Below, piece by piece: positions 1-9,425 of a DNA stretch of 64,000 bases; position 1 is the stretch's first letter, and each line of letters begins with the position of its first letter. A program made the position numbers and the translations under genes. This stretch comes from Chloroflexota bacterium (lineage in GTDB: Bacteria; Chloroflexota; Anaerolineae; Anaerolineales; Villigracilaceae). The DNA lies in the NCBI GenBank assembly GCA_021795965.1, contig JAJYOU010000009.1, positions 951 through 64,950 of the forward strand. Reading direction: 5' to 3'. The notes beneath the pieces are model-generated. The model saw nothing but the letters and a program-made list of their open reading frames with translations, did not search any database and was not told where the DNA came from.

Positions 1-243
1 TAATACCAGGTCGTTCAGCATCTCGGCATCGGCATCTTTAAGGAATTCCGGATCAATTTCGATCTCCTTGCACTTTTGATCACCAGTCATGGTCACCTTA
101 ATCGCACCGCCCCCTGCAGTAGCGGTCACGGTTTCGATGGCAAGCTGTTCCTGTGCAGCAGCCATTTGAGCCTGAAGCTTTTGTAATTGCGCCATCATTG
201 GATTGCCACCCATGCCAGGCATTTTGTTAAATCCTTTTGCCAT
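1..243 (-). CDS. ybaB: YbaB/EbfC family nucleoid-associated protein (partial; C-terminus runs off the window)
   Basis: Hand translation from the minus-strand ATG at 243: MAKGFNKMPGMGGNPMMAQLQKLQAQMAAAQEQLAIETVTATAGGGAIKVTMTGDQKCKEIEIDPEFLKDADAEMLNDLVL. It lies directly downstream of dnaX, the common arrangement. It is absent from the ORF track because there is no stop codon in the window. Confidence 0.85.
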   Translation of the reverse strand, partial: MAKGFNKMPGMGGNPMMAQLQKLQAQMAAAQEQLAIETVTATAGGGAIKVTMTGDQKCKEIEIDPEFLKDADAEMLNDLVL

Positions 244-321
244 ATCAATCTCCTGATCAGTAAAATTTTAATAAATATTCAACGGTTCAGATGAAATATT
301 TTTAGGTATGCCGCCAGCGGC

Positions 322-1884
322 TTACTGAATATCCACAATCTCTCCGCCAAGCTGACTGGCTGCGGCGACCATTCCATCTTGTTTAATATGAGATGGGAGC
401 GCATTTTTGCTGCCAGAAACGACTGCCTGGATGGGAAGGTCCACTTTCAATAACTCAAAGAGAGCTTTTCTGGTAATTTCCAGATTTTCAGGGCGATTGA
501 ATCTGCCTTGAAGTATCTCACTGGCAAAGGAAATGATCAGGACGCCTTCTCGAATTTCGAGCAATTTTCCAGAATTAATCAAACCTGCCAGGGTGGGATC
601 CTGTGGTTTTACCGCAAAGTGTAGTTGCTTCCAAACAGCGGAAATTTGTTCAATCGTTACCGTTGATCCAGTTGCAGATTTCACCTGTTTGATTCCCTGG
701 TTTGGAGGTGTGGGGTCAATTTTTTCCTGCCTCACAGGTTGTTTTTCAGCCTCCACCGGTTTTTCTCTCCGCTCATAAACCGCAGCCTGAGTCTGAACGA
801 CAACCGGCGAAGGTTGTTCCACCGCTTCCACAACAGCCAATTCAAGACCAAGCGACGAGGAACCACCCCGTGAATCTGTCGTAGCGGCATTGAACAATCT
901 TAAAATGCGCAGTGTTTCAGCCGAAGTTAAAGCATTGGCGTGTAGATTCATCACCGTTCGAATTTCCGAAGTCACATCAACTTGATCATTATTCCCCATT
1001 TGGAACAAAAGGATATTTCTCAAATACTCCACAACCTGTTTCGCCAGGTTTTGAACATCAGCACCGCCATCCAGCGCAGCCTGAATTTGATTTAACCCTG
1101 TTCCCGCTTCCATATCAATCACCGCTTGGATGATATTGATGACAGCCTGGCTGGGAGCTGTACCAAGAACAGTTTGCACCATTCCGATCGTGATTTTCTC
1201 TCCATTGGTCGCTAACTGATCCAACAGAGAGATGGCATCTCTCATTCCTCCCGAAGATTGGCGGGCAATCGAGATTAATGCTTCGGGCTCCGCCTGAATA
1301 TTTTCTTTTTCGCAAATTGCTTTCAGGTGTTTGACGATATCAGCCATCTGCACACGCTGAAATTCGAAGCGTTGGCAGCGGGAGAGCACTGTTGCAGGGA
1401 TCTTGTGAATTTCAGTGGTGGCAAGAATAAATATGGCGTGTGCCGGCGGTTCTTCGAGCGTTTTCAACAGGGCATTAAATGCCGGGGTGGATAACATGTG
1501 GACTTCATCGATAATGTAAATTCGGTATTGTCCTTGTGATGGGGAAAAATTGATCTTGTCCCGCAGTTCCCGGACATCATCCACCCCATTATTGGATGCC
1601 GCGTCAATTTCAACCAGGTCCATAAATCGATTTTCATTGACACTCTTACAATGCTCGCATTCATTACAGGGTCTTTTGGATGGATCCGGATTAAGGCAGT
1701 TGACCGCCTTCGCTAGCAAACGTGCCGCGGTAGTCTTCCCTGTCCCGCGCGGACCGCTGAACAAATAGGCGTGTGCGACCCGATCCGCAACTACGGCATT
1801 CTTCAGCGTGCGAACAATATGCTCCTGGGAGATTACTTCATCCCATAACTTTGGACGCCATTTTCGATAAAGGGCTTCAGACAT
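322..1884 (-). CDS. dnaX: DNA polymerase III subunit gamma/tau
   Basis: 520 aa. N-terminus YRKWRPKLWDEV, Walker A GPRGTGKTT, zinc module CNECEHC, Walker B IYIIDEVHML and sensor SRCQRF. Confidence 0.95.
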   Translation of the reverse strand: MSEALYRKWRPKLWDEVISQEHIVRTLKNAVVADRVAHAYLFSGPRGTGKTTAARLLAKAVNCLNPDPSKRPCNECEHCKSVNENRFMDLVEIDAASNNGVDDVRELRDKINFSPSQGQYRIYIIDEVHMLSTPAFNALLKTLEEPPAHAIFILATTEIHKIPATVLSRCQRFEFQRVQMADIVKHLKAICEKENIQAEPEALISIARQSSGGMRDAISLLDQLATNGEKITIGMVQTVLGTAPSQAVINIIQAVIDMEAGTGLNQIQAALDGGADVQNLAKQVVEYLRNILLFQMGNNDQVDVTSEIRTVMNLHANALTSAETLRILRLFNAATTDSRGGSSSLGLELAVVEAVEQPSPVVVQTQAAVYERREKPVEAEKQPVRQEKIDPTPPNQGIKQVKSATGSTVTIEQISAVWKQLHFAVKPQDPTLAGLINSGKLLEIREGVLIISFASEILQGRFNRPENLEITRKALFELLKVDLPIQAVVSGSKNALPSHIKQDGMVAAASQLGGEIVDIQ

Positions 1885-2047
1885 GATCGGTAGTTCCTTC
1901 TGATCAATTTCTCAAGGAAATGAAAATACTATTAAGGCTTGGGCAAATCCTGTCGCTCTGTTTCGAATCATAGCATGTTTTCCGTAGATTCGCCTGAAAA
2001 GAAATGGAGATTGTCCCCTCTCTTTTTCTCAGATTCGAATGAGTTAA

Positions 2048-2989
2048 TTAACGCTTCATGGTCAGCGCGACCCAGTCATTGATTTGAAGCCGGTCGACCA
2101 GTGTCAAACCAAATTTTTCTCCAGCAGCAATCACATCCGCAGCTTGATGCTCCAGGATTCCCGAAAGGATAATCACCCCATCCGGAGTTACCAGGTCAGC
2201 CAACCCGCCCTCAAAGAGACGAATCAAGACTGGAGCGAGAATATTTGCCATCACCAGCGGAGCGTGGCGAATGTCAAATTTTCCGGCTATGACCTCGGCG
2301 ACTGAGCCCAAGCCAACCTGGAATTGTTCGGCGTTTACACCGTTATTCTCTGCGTTTTCCCGGCTATTTTTAACCGAAGCTTCATCGATATCGACCCCCA
2401 GGGCGAACACAGCCCCAAGTTTAATGGCTCCCACCGATAAAATACCCGATCCGCAGCCGACATCGATGACCGTCATGGGTTTTGATAAAAGATTGGGTGA
2501 ATCAAAAACTCTTTCCATCAATTCCAGGCAGAGTTGTGTGGTGGGGTGCGTTCCCGTACCGAAAGCCATCCCGGGGTCAATTCGAATCGAGATCCGTCCT
2601 GGTTCGGGAGAATCCATCCAGACCGGGACAATGATCAGTCGTTTACCGATCGTAATGGGTTGGTATCGCACTTTCCAGGCTTCCATCCAATTTTGATCTT
2701 CGATTGGGCTGAAGGTGGGTCTGGGGAGTGGCTGGATCATACCAAGATAAAAAAGAGATTCTTCCAATTTTTGCCGGGTTTCTTCCAGTGTTTCGTCTGC
2801 AGCCAGGTATGCCCTGACGGTGATGTCCCCGCTGGGTGTGCCTTGATCTTCTTCGTCCAAAAACTTCACGGCTTGTTCAGTCATCACACCATTCGGCGCA
2901 AAGCGAGCCATCACATCCGCTACAGCTTCGGCCAGCTCGCCGTTCACAGTCATCGAAACTTCCAGCCAGTTTGTCATTTCCTCATCCAT
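2048..2989 (-). CDS. prmA: Ribosomal protein L11 methyltransferase
   Basis: The PrmA-like N-terminus reads WLEVSMTV..GELAEAVADV and the SAM motif is VIDVGCGSGILS. The ORF track opens at a TTG (3007); the first ATG is at 2989 and another at 2977, so the start is ambiguous. Confidence 0.88.
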   Translation of the reverse strand: MDEEMTNWLEVSMTVNGELAEAVADVMARFAPNGVMTEQAVKFLDEEDQGTPSGDITVRAYLAADETLEETRQKLEESLFYLGMIQPLPRPTFSPIEDQNWMEAWKVRYQPITIGKRLIIVPVWMDSPEPGRISIRIDPGMAFGTGTHPTTQLCLELMERVFDSPNLLSKPMTVIDVGCGSGILSVGAIKLGAVFALGVDIDEASVKNSRENAENNGVNAEQFQVGLGSVAEVIAGKFDIRHAPLVMANILAPVLIRLFEGGLADLVTPDGVIILSGILEHQAADVIAAGEKFGLTLVDRLQINDWVALTMKR

Positions 2990-3030
2990 AATTCCAGTAA
3001 ATTTCAATTAATCTTGCCCAATGTGACCAA

Positions 3031-4155
3031 TTACCCGCCCAGGGTTTCATTCAACCAATCCAAAAAACCTTTTTGCTGAGGTCGGGGGGTTGTGCCCAGA
3101 GTACTGGCTAATTTTTCGAACAACTCCCTTTGCTCAGAGGTTAATTTTTTCGGAATGTCAACGTTGACAATCACTTTCTGGTCACCACGTCCACTCTGCC
3201 TGATGCGCGGAACTCCTTTTCCTCGCATATTAAAGACTTTTCCGGGCTGGGTTCCGGCTGGAATAGTTAAAGTTTCTTCCTTGGCATCGACGGTTGGAAC
3301 CATAATATCAGCCCCCAATACCGCTTGGGCGATGTTGATATCCAGATCAAGAATGATGTCCTCACCTTTTCGTTTAAAATATTCGTGAGGTTTCACATCA
3401 ACCGCAATAAATAAATTCCCGTTGGGTCCACCATTCGAACCCACCTGGCCCTCTGCGGGCAATCTGATCTGCATCCCATTATCCACACCCGCCGGGATGG
3501 AAACTGTCTTATTTATCTTTTTGCGCTCCTGACCGCGGCCGGAACATACATGACAGATCTTTTCGATAATCTGACCGCGACCCTGACAGGTCTGGCACGG
3601 CACCGTTTCCACCATTTGTATGATGAAAGTCTGTCTGACCTGCCTGACCTCACCCCTGCCGCCACAAGTGGGGCAAGTCTTTACGCTGCTGCCTGGTTCG
3701 GCGCCATTTCCATGACAGTGGGAACAAATTTCATCGCGCTCAAACTCAATTTCTTTTTCAACTCCGAAAATTGCTTCTTCGAAAGAAAGAGTCACTGCTA
3801 TTTGGAGATCACGACCGCGATGTGGGGTGTTCCGGCGCGAACTGCTTCGCCCCCCACCCATCCCGAAGCCGAATAACTCTTCGAAAATGTCCTCAAAGTG
3901 GACGTTATAATCCTGGGAGCCACCCATATCCCCCAGCCCTGCTCTTCCATATCGATCGTAGCGGGCTCGTTTTTCCTGGTCGGAAATTACGCTGTAAGCT
4001 TCATTGATTTCCTTGAATTTTTCTTCTGCATCCGATTCTTTGCTGACATCCGGGTGAAACTGCCGCGCCAGCTTTCGAAAAGCTGATTTAATTTCATCCT
4101 GGGTGGCTGTTCGCAAAACTCCAAGAATTTCATAATAATCACGATTAGTCGTCAT
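3031..4155 (-). CDS. dnaJ: Molecular chaperone DnaJ
   Basis: J-domain DYYEILGV..HPD, a G/F-rich linker and four CxxCxGxG zinc-finger repeats (CSHCHGNG, CPTCGGRG, CQTCQGRG, CHVCSGRG). Confidence 0.95.
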   Translation of the reverse strand: MTTNRDYYEILGVLRTATQDEIKSAFRKLARQFHPDVSKESDAEEKFKEINEAYSVISDQEKRARYDRYGRAGLGDMGGSQDYNVHFEDIFEELFGFGMGGGRSSSRRNTPHRGRDLQIAVTLSFEEAIFGVEKEIEFERDEICSHCHGNGAEPGSSVKTCPTCGGRGEVRQVRQTFIIQMVETVPCQTCQGRGQIIEKICHVCSGRGQERKKINKTVSIPAGVDNGMQIRLPAEGQVGSNGGPNGNLFIAVDVKPHEYFKRKGEDIILDLDINIAQAVLGADIMVPTVDAKEETLTIPAGTQPGKVFNMRGKGVPRIRQSGRGDQKVIVNVDIPKKLTSEQRELFEKLASTLGTTPRPQQKGFLDWLNETLGG

Positions 4156-4284
4156 GCTTTAATTCCATTTTTTTTGGCGGATTGAACGTCCAACCAATCT
4201 CACATACTTAATCTTGCCTGGCTATTAAAATTTGAAATAGTCGCAAATTGTGAATTGCGCCCAACTGGATCAATCCCACAAAAA

Positions 4285-4830
4285 CTATTGGGCGACCTTT
4301 ACCAAGGCTGGACGTAAAACCCGATCGCCTTGCATATAACCCTGCTGCAAAACAGCAATCACCGTTCCTGATTCATACTTGTCAGATGGTTCCTGCATAA
4401 TTGCTTCATGAAATTCCGGGTTGAAGGGCTGCCCCTCAGCGCGAATCCGCTCTACGCCTTCGGCTTCAAGAATCGTAAGAAATTTCCTGTACACCAGGTC
4501 AACCCCGTTGGACCAGGCGTCATCTGCGGGTCTATGTGCCAAGGCTCTTTCAAGGTCATCGATCGCTGTAAGGAATTTCTTGATGGTCGTACCTGAGGCA
4601 GTCCGGCTGACCTGGGCGTTTTCCTGCTCGATCCGGCGGCGATAATTCATAAAGTCGGCACGTTCACGTTGAAGTGCATCCAGGTATTCCTGCACTTTTG
4701 CTTTTGAGTCTGCTAATTTTGATTTTAATTCTTCGATTTCGGCTTCCGGGGAGATTTCTTCATCCGCTGGCGCTTCCATTTTTTTACCTTCATGCGCTTG
4801 ATGGTTAGTCTTGAATTTCTTTTCAGTCAT
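4285..4830 (-). CDS. grpE: Nucleotide exchange factor GrpE
   Basis: 181 aa with a coiled-coil N-terminus and GrpE core RERADFMNYRRR..FLTAIDDLERAL..FNPEFHEA. It sits between hrcA and dnaJ. Confidence 0.9.
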   Translation of the reverse strand: MTEKKFKTNHQAHEGKKMEAPADEEISPEAEIEELKSKLADSKAKVQEYLDALQRERADFMNYRRRIEQENAQVSRTASGTTIKKFLTAIDDLERALAHRPADDAWSNGVDLVYRKFLTILEAEGVERIRAEGQPFNPEFHEAIMQEPSDKYESGTVIAVLQQGYMQGDRVLRPALVKVAQ

Positions 4831-4889
4831 AATTATTTACTTTCTCAGTTTGATCTTACAAAAATAAATTTCGGAGGAGGGCTAATATT

Positions 4890-5936
4890 TCAAAACTCAA
4901 ATAATGTCTCGTTGACGAGATCAGTCAATAGGTTTGCCACGTAACGAACTGTTGGGATGGTTTTGCTGTAAGACATTCTCATCGGTCCAAGCACGCCCAG
5001 CATCCCTGTCAAGCTGCCAATCACCCCGTAACGAGCCAAAACCATTGAAAATTGACCCAATTCTTCCCATTTTCCTTCTCCACCGATCAACACCTGCACA
5101 CTCCCCAGCCCACTATTTAAGACCGTCCGGGAGAGTAAATCCTGTAAAGAGGATTGTTCATCAAATAACCTTAAAGCTTTCCGAGCATCATCCGGACCAT
5201 TAAATTCAGTCTCGCTTAGCACGTTGTTTAACCCGTCGTAATAGAGAGTGCCCGAGACTCTCTCATCTGCCCGCCGCATTTCCTGTGTGATCAGGTTAAA
5301 AATATCATTTTCAAGCGCTTCGTGGTGAAAAGAATTGCTGTTCATCTCCTCAACCGTGCGTCCCTGAAGGTCCATATTGAGACGGTTAGCTGCTCTGGAT
5401 AATAGCTCCTGGGGAACGGTCTCAGCCAAGGTTAAAACCTGCTGGCTCACTTCCCCCCCTTGCTTGACAAGCACCATCAAAACCTGGCGGCCTTGCGTGG
5501 AGATTAACTCAACGTGTTTAAACTGGGCGCGTTGTGCATGCGGGGCAGTCACCAGGGAGACCGCCTGGGACTGGTAAGCCAGGACAGATGCTGTCAGCGT
5601 CATCCATTGTTCCACGTTTGCACGCGACTGGTGGAACTGGTGGCTGATCGTGTTCTGGACTTCTTCAGGCAGCTCAGCCAGGTGCATCATGTGCCTGACA
5701 AAATACCGGTAACCTTCTTCGCTTGGGATCCTGCCAGCTGAAGTGTGCGGTTGGCGCAAGAATCCCAAGTCGGTCAAAGTTGCCAGCTCATTGCGAATGG
5801 TTGCGGAACTCATGTCCAAATGATAATGATCAACCAAGTGCATCGAACCCACCGGCAGCGCGGTTTCGATATAATCACGCACCACCAGCAGTAACAATGT
5901 TTTTTGACGATCAGTTAATTCAGAGTTCATTCTCAT
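4890..5936 (-). CDS. hrcA: Heat-inducible transcription repressor HrcA
   Basis: The N-terminal winged helix reads LTDRQKTLLLLVVRDYIETALPVGS, followed by SSATIRNELATLTDLGFLRQPHTSAGRIPS. The track start (GTG at 5951) lies inside the CIRCE palindrome, so the ATG at 5936 (or 5930) is more likely. Confidence 0.9.
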   Translation of the reverse strand: MRMNSELTDRQKTLLLLVVRDYIETALPVGSMHLVDHYHLDMSSATIRNELATLTDLGFLRQPHTSAGRIPSEEGYRYFVRHMMHLAELPEEVQNTISHQFHQSRANVEQWMTLTASVLAYQSQAVSLVTAPHAQRAQFKHVELISTQGRQVLMVLVKQGGEVSQQVLTLAETVPQELLSRAANRLNMDLQGRTVEEMNSNSFHHEALENDIFNLITQEMRRADERVSGTLYYDGLNNVLSETEFNGPDDARKALRLFDEQSSLQDLLSRTVLNSGLGSVQVLIGGEGKWEELGQFSMVLARYGVIGSLTGMLGVLGPMRMSYSKTIPTVRYVANLLTDLVNETLFEF

Positions 5937-5944
5937 GCTTTCAA

Positions 5945-5971
5945 TTAGCACTCACTTGTCCAGAGTGCCAA
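5945..5971 (-). promoter_or_regulatory. CIRCE operator (HrcA binding site)
   Basis: TTAGCACTC-N9-GAGTGCCAA. This matches the consensus TTAGCACTC-N9-GAGTGCTAA with one mismatch. It lies between the predicted promoter and the hrcA start codon. Confidence 0.9.
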
Positions 5972-5984
5972 GATTTCAAAATTA

Positions 5985-6013
5985 ATCATAACATGCGAAA
6001 AAAGGAGCGTCAA
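5985..6013 (-). promoter_or_regulatory. Sigma-70-type promoter of the hrcA-grpE-dnaJ operon
   Basis: On the minus strand: TTGACG (6013-6008), a 17-nt spacer, then TATGAT (5990-5985). CIRCE begins 13 nt downstream of the -10. Confidence 0.55.
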
Positions 6014-6285
6014 TAAGAATAATGTTAGATATCTCTATGCTTTCAGAAAGCTAAGATTGACAATGGAGGTAAAAACGGCAGGTTTTTACCAGTTTGATAT
6101 AAAATTCTGCGGCTTTCTGAGATCTGATTGGTTAAAAAAGAACCGGAAAAAATGTCCAATTTACATTCAATTCCCCCATTGAACATTATGTAATGAAAGG
6201 AATGGAAAAAAAGTGATCGATCCGCCCTTGAATTTGCTGGCAGTATAATATATTCCATGTTGATTTTCTAGCTCCGGAGCCAGAC

Positions 6286-6702
6286 GTGGATTGTCCAAAA
6301 TGCAGCAGGTCATTGACTAAAAAATATTATAAGGGGATGATGGAAGTGGATTATTGTCCGAACTGCCGCGGTTTGTGGCTTGATTACAAGGAACTTGACC
6401 GCTTGGAAGATGCTGCTTTTGACGAGGATCGTTTCAAAGGATCCTTGATCCATCATGAAGTAGAGGTTGGTTATCACTGCCCCATCTGTGATCAGCCGAT
6501 GCGGGAATTTCAATATCGTCTTTATGACTTGAAACTGGAATTATGTCCGGAACACCATGGTTTTTGGCTGGATGCCGGCGAGGATGATCATATTTTGCAG
6601 ATCATGACCAAAAAACGCTTGCAGCTTGCCCAACAAATAGAAACAGAACTTGAATGGAAGAAAATGTTGCGAGGTCTGCACTCCTTCGTCAAAAAATCAT
6701 GA
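6286..6702 (+). CDS. Tandem zinc-ribbon protein (TFIIB-type zf domain x2)
   Basis: Two repeats of CPxC...CPxCxGxWLD: CPKC..CPNCRGLWLDYKELDRL and CPICDQPM..CPEHHGFWLDAGEDDHIL. GTG start. Confidence 0.7.
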   Translation: MDCPKCSRSLTKKYYKGMMEVDYCPNCRGLWLDYKELDRLEDAAFDEDRFKGSLIHHEVEVGYHCPICDQPMREFQYRLYDLKLELCPEHHGFWLDAGEDDHILQIMTKKRLQLAQQIETELEWKKMLRGLHSFVKKS

Positions 6703-8729
6703 AAATCATTTCTCTCCTTAAAAAAGGTATCCTGCGTTTTCAAATCCCCCTCCTTCTATTAGGTGTGATTAGCTTGGCATATGGCTGGCAAATTGGTCAC
6801 CTGGGCTTTTATTGGGATGATTGGGTTTTTATCGGACGATACCAATCCATGGGGATATTGAACACTATTTTTTACGGCGGTACCCGCCAGCTTGGTGTAT
6901 ATGCCCTGATGCCCGGATTTTTGTTGGCAGGTGATTCTCCGCTAATCTGGCATGTTTACAGCCTGCTGCTGCGCTGGTTGGTCGTAATGCTTTTTTGGTG
7001 GGTTTTAAACAAACTTTGGCCTTCCCAGAAAACTGCGGTCACTCTCATGGCAGCCCTTTTTGCTGTTTATCCGGCTTTCAGTCAGCAGTCGATTTCTGTT
7101 GTATATAGCTTGCAGTTTGCAGATTATGCAGTTTTCCTGCTTTCACTTGGTTTGATGATTAATTCCATACGTTCACCTTCCCGGCGCTGGTTTTGGTTTG
7201 TTTTTGCGCTGTTCGCCCAGTCTCTCCATCTTTTTATCGTGGAATATTTTGTCGGGCTGGAGCTGATCCGCCCTCTAGTGATCTATTTCCTTGCTGAAAA
7301 CAAACCTGGCTGGATCCGCCTCAAAAGAACTTTCCTTTATTATCTTCCTTATTTGTGCATCCTTATTCTTTATGCTTTCTGGCGCTCGGGGGTTTTTGGA
7401 GGTGGTTTTGCAGATTATGGCTACAAAACCATTACCTCCTTTTGGCTTGCGGATCCAAAAATTGCACTGGTTGAAATCATCGAATATGGGTTGAAAGATA
7501 TTCTGGTGCTCCTGGTTCAGACCTGGTATGCCACCCTCTCTCCTTCAATCATCGATTTTAGTCAACCTTACAATTTCTTTTCTATGATTGTTGCGGGGCT
7601 TGCAGGTTTTGGCTTGTATACGGTCGTAATGGCTTCTGGTTTTGATCAAGTGATTCCAGAAGATTCCGATGAAAAAAAATCCCTGACCCAGGCAGCAATC
7701 CTTGGATTATTTGCTGTAATCGTCAGCTTCATCCCTGCATGGTTCGTCAGGCGTCATATTTACGAGCCGGGAAATTTCGGTGATCGTTTTGCTCTCGCAG
7801 GTCTTTTTGGAGCTTCCATCCTGCTGGTGGTGCTGTTCCGTTTCCTGGCTGGAAGAAATGGCAAGTTCCAATTAATGGCAGTAATTTTTATTGGTTTGGC
7901 AATTGGCATTCAGATTCGTTTTGAAAATAATTACCGCTGGGATTGGGAACGTCAGCTTCGAACCTACTGGCAGCTCTACTGGCGAGCTCCAGCCTTAAAA
8001 CCGGGGACTGTTGTGATTGGTTTTAATGCGATTTCTCCAACCACGGTTAATTATGTGGGTGCGTTTGCCATTAACGATCTCTATTTACCCGGGAAATTAA
8101 CCTCTTCGCCTCCCGTCTGGTTTGTAAATTATCCCAAAACTCCCATCAGCGCGAATATGGATAAATTCTTAACTGGGAATTGGGTTTATGTGGATCAGTT
8201 TGACAATATTTCAGCCCCAGTTCGCCCGGATAACAGCCTTGCGATTGATTATTCAGAGGGTCGCTGTTTAAAAGTAATTTCTTCGGATGACCGGGTCAAT
8301 CCTGATTTTCCGGATGGATATCGAACTGTTATAAACATTTCCTCTCCTGGCTTGATCCTTGGGGAAAGTACTCTCATTCCCTCACGGCGAATTTTCGGTC
8401 CCGCTCCAACCCCAAGCTGGTGTTATTATTTTGAAAAAGCAGACCTCGCCCGCCAGGAAGGTCAATGGGACGAGGTGCTCAAATTGAAGGAAAAAGCAGA
8501 TAAAGCTGGCATGGAACCATTAAGCAGCTTCGAATTGTTCCCATTTATAGAAGCTTATGCGATGCGATCTGATTGGGTGCATGCTCAAAAACTCAGTCTC
8601 GCCGCATACAAGGCAATGCCAAAAACATCAGCAGGGTTGTGCTTAATCTGGAAACGCGTCGGAACCACTTCGCCGGCAGGTTTCAGTGCAGCTTTTCAAA
8701 ACATCAGCGGGCAAATTGGCTGTCACTGA
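6699..8729 (+). CDS. Polytopic membrane protein with a C-terminal soluble domain (possible GT-C-like)
   Basis: About 12 hydrophobic segments. The first loop carries an acidic motif, GFYWDDWVF. The ATG at 6699 overlaps the upstream stop (ATGA). The track's earlier start at 6654 would overlap the zinc-ribbon gene by 49 nt. Confidence 0.45.
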   Translation: MKIISLLKKGILRFQIPLLLLGVISLAYGWQIGHLGFYWDDWVFIGRYQSMGILNTIFYGGTRQLGVYALMPGFLLAGDSPLIWHVYSLLLRWLVVMLFWWVLNKLWPSQKTAVTLMAALFAVYPAFSQQSISVVYSLQFADYAVFLLSLGLMINSIRSPSRRWFWFVFALFAQSLHLFIVEYFVGLELIRPLVIYFLAENKPGWIRLKRTFLYYLPYLCILILYAFWRSGVFGGGFADYGYKTITSFWLADPKIALVEIIEYGLKDILVLLVQTWYATLSPSIIDFSQPYNFFSMIVAGLAGFGLYTVVMASGFDQVIPEDSDEKKSLTQAAILGLFAVIVSFIPAWFVRRHIYEPGNFGDRFALAGLFGASILLVVLFRFLAGRNGKFQLMAVIFIGLAIGIQIRFENNYRWDWERQLRTYWQLYWRAPALKPGTVVIGFNAISPTTVNYVGAFAINDLYLPGKLTSSPPVWFVNYPKTPISANMDKFLTGNWVYVDQFDNISAPVRPDNSLAIDYSEGRCLKVISSDDRVNPDFPDGYRTVINISSPGLILGESTLIPSRRIFGPAPTPSWCYYFEKADLARQEGQWDEVLKLKEKADKAGMEPLSSFELFPFIEAYAMRSDWVHAQKLSLAAYKAMPKTSAGLCLIWKRVGTTSPAGFSAAFQNISGQIGCH

Positions 8730-8786
8730 TCACTCCTGAAAAGAGTACAATCAATTTATACTTTTTTCATTCATCAGGAGTGTTGT

Positions 8787-9410
8787 ATGGAAAATCACTA
8801 TATTCGAAGCATGTTAGGGGAAAACGAAAAAATCGTTCTGATAACCCGGCAGCACTGGTTTGTGCTTTTTAGCCACGTTTTTTTTGAAATCATAGTGATT
8901 CTGGTAATGCTCGTCGGTTTGGGTTTCGCCGTCAGCATCTACCCGATAGCAGGAATTGCTTATATTTTAATCATCATTCCTTTATTAAGCATTTTTTATG
9001 ACTATCTTAATTGGAAAAACCATGCATACCTGGTAACCAACCGCAGAGTCATCCAATTATCTGGCATATTTAATAAGAAAGTGATTGATTCCACCATAGA
9101 AAAAGTAAATGACGTCAAATTGTCTCAATCTTTTTGGGGGCAAATTTTTGATTTTGGTGATGTGGAAATTATGACTGCCAGTGAACTTGGTGTTAATGTT
9201 TTTGAGAAAATCGGTGAACCTGTAAAATTTAAGACTGCCATGTTAAATGCCAGGGAAAAGCTTGGGACGGATGGAACAAACAGTGTTAATCCAGATCGAT
9301 CCGATGAGATCCCTGGGATGATCGCAGAATTGGATGAGTTGAGCAAAAAGGGGATCATTACTGAAGCTGAGTTTCAGCAAAAGAAAAAGGAATTGCTCTC
9401 AAAGATCTAA
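8787..9410 (+). CDS. Membrane-anchored bacterial PH domain (YdbT/bPH_2-like) protein with a C-terminal SHOCT domain
   Basis: LITRQHWFVLF, then two TM helices, then a YLVTNRRVIQLSG..DVKLSQSFWGQIFDFGDVEI core. The C-terminal ELDELSKKGIITEAEFQQKKKELL is SHOCT-like. An AGGAG RBS precedes the ATG. Confidence 0.6.
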   Translation: MENHYIRSMLGENEKIVLITRQHWFVLFSHVFFEIIVILVMLVGLGFAVSIYPIAGIAYILIIIPLLSIFYDYLNWKNHAYLVTNRRVIQLSGIFNKKVIDSTIEKVNDVKLSQSFWGQIFDFGDVEIMTASELGVNVFEKIGEPVKFKTAMLNAREKLGTDGTNSVNPDRSDEIPGMIAELDELSKKGIITEAEFQQKKKELLSKI

Positions 9411-9425
9411 ACAGCCCGGCTGATA

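Noticed and set aside
715-730. A6 run (GAAAAAAT on the coding strand) in dnaX as a possible gamma/tau frameshift or slippage site
   Set aside because: In frame it reads GAA AAA ATT, which is not an X XXY YYZ heptamer. Six A's is shorter than the runs used for transcriptional slippage. I identified no downstream stem-loop or -1 frame stop arrangement.
1885-2047. Looked for an SRP RNA (ffs) or a clean terminator upstream of dnaX, as in some Firmicutes
   Set aside because: There is no SRP domain IV-like motif. Only imperfect A/T-rich complementarity is present, which does not support an RNA gene or terminator call.
6043-6258. 71-aa minus-strand ORF in the hrcA / zinc-ribbon intergenic region
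   Set aside because: It lies upstream of the hrcA promoter and has no RBS. Its sequence is not protein-like, and the region is better explained as divergent promoter DNA (TATAAT at 6244-6249 for the plus-strand gene).
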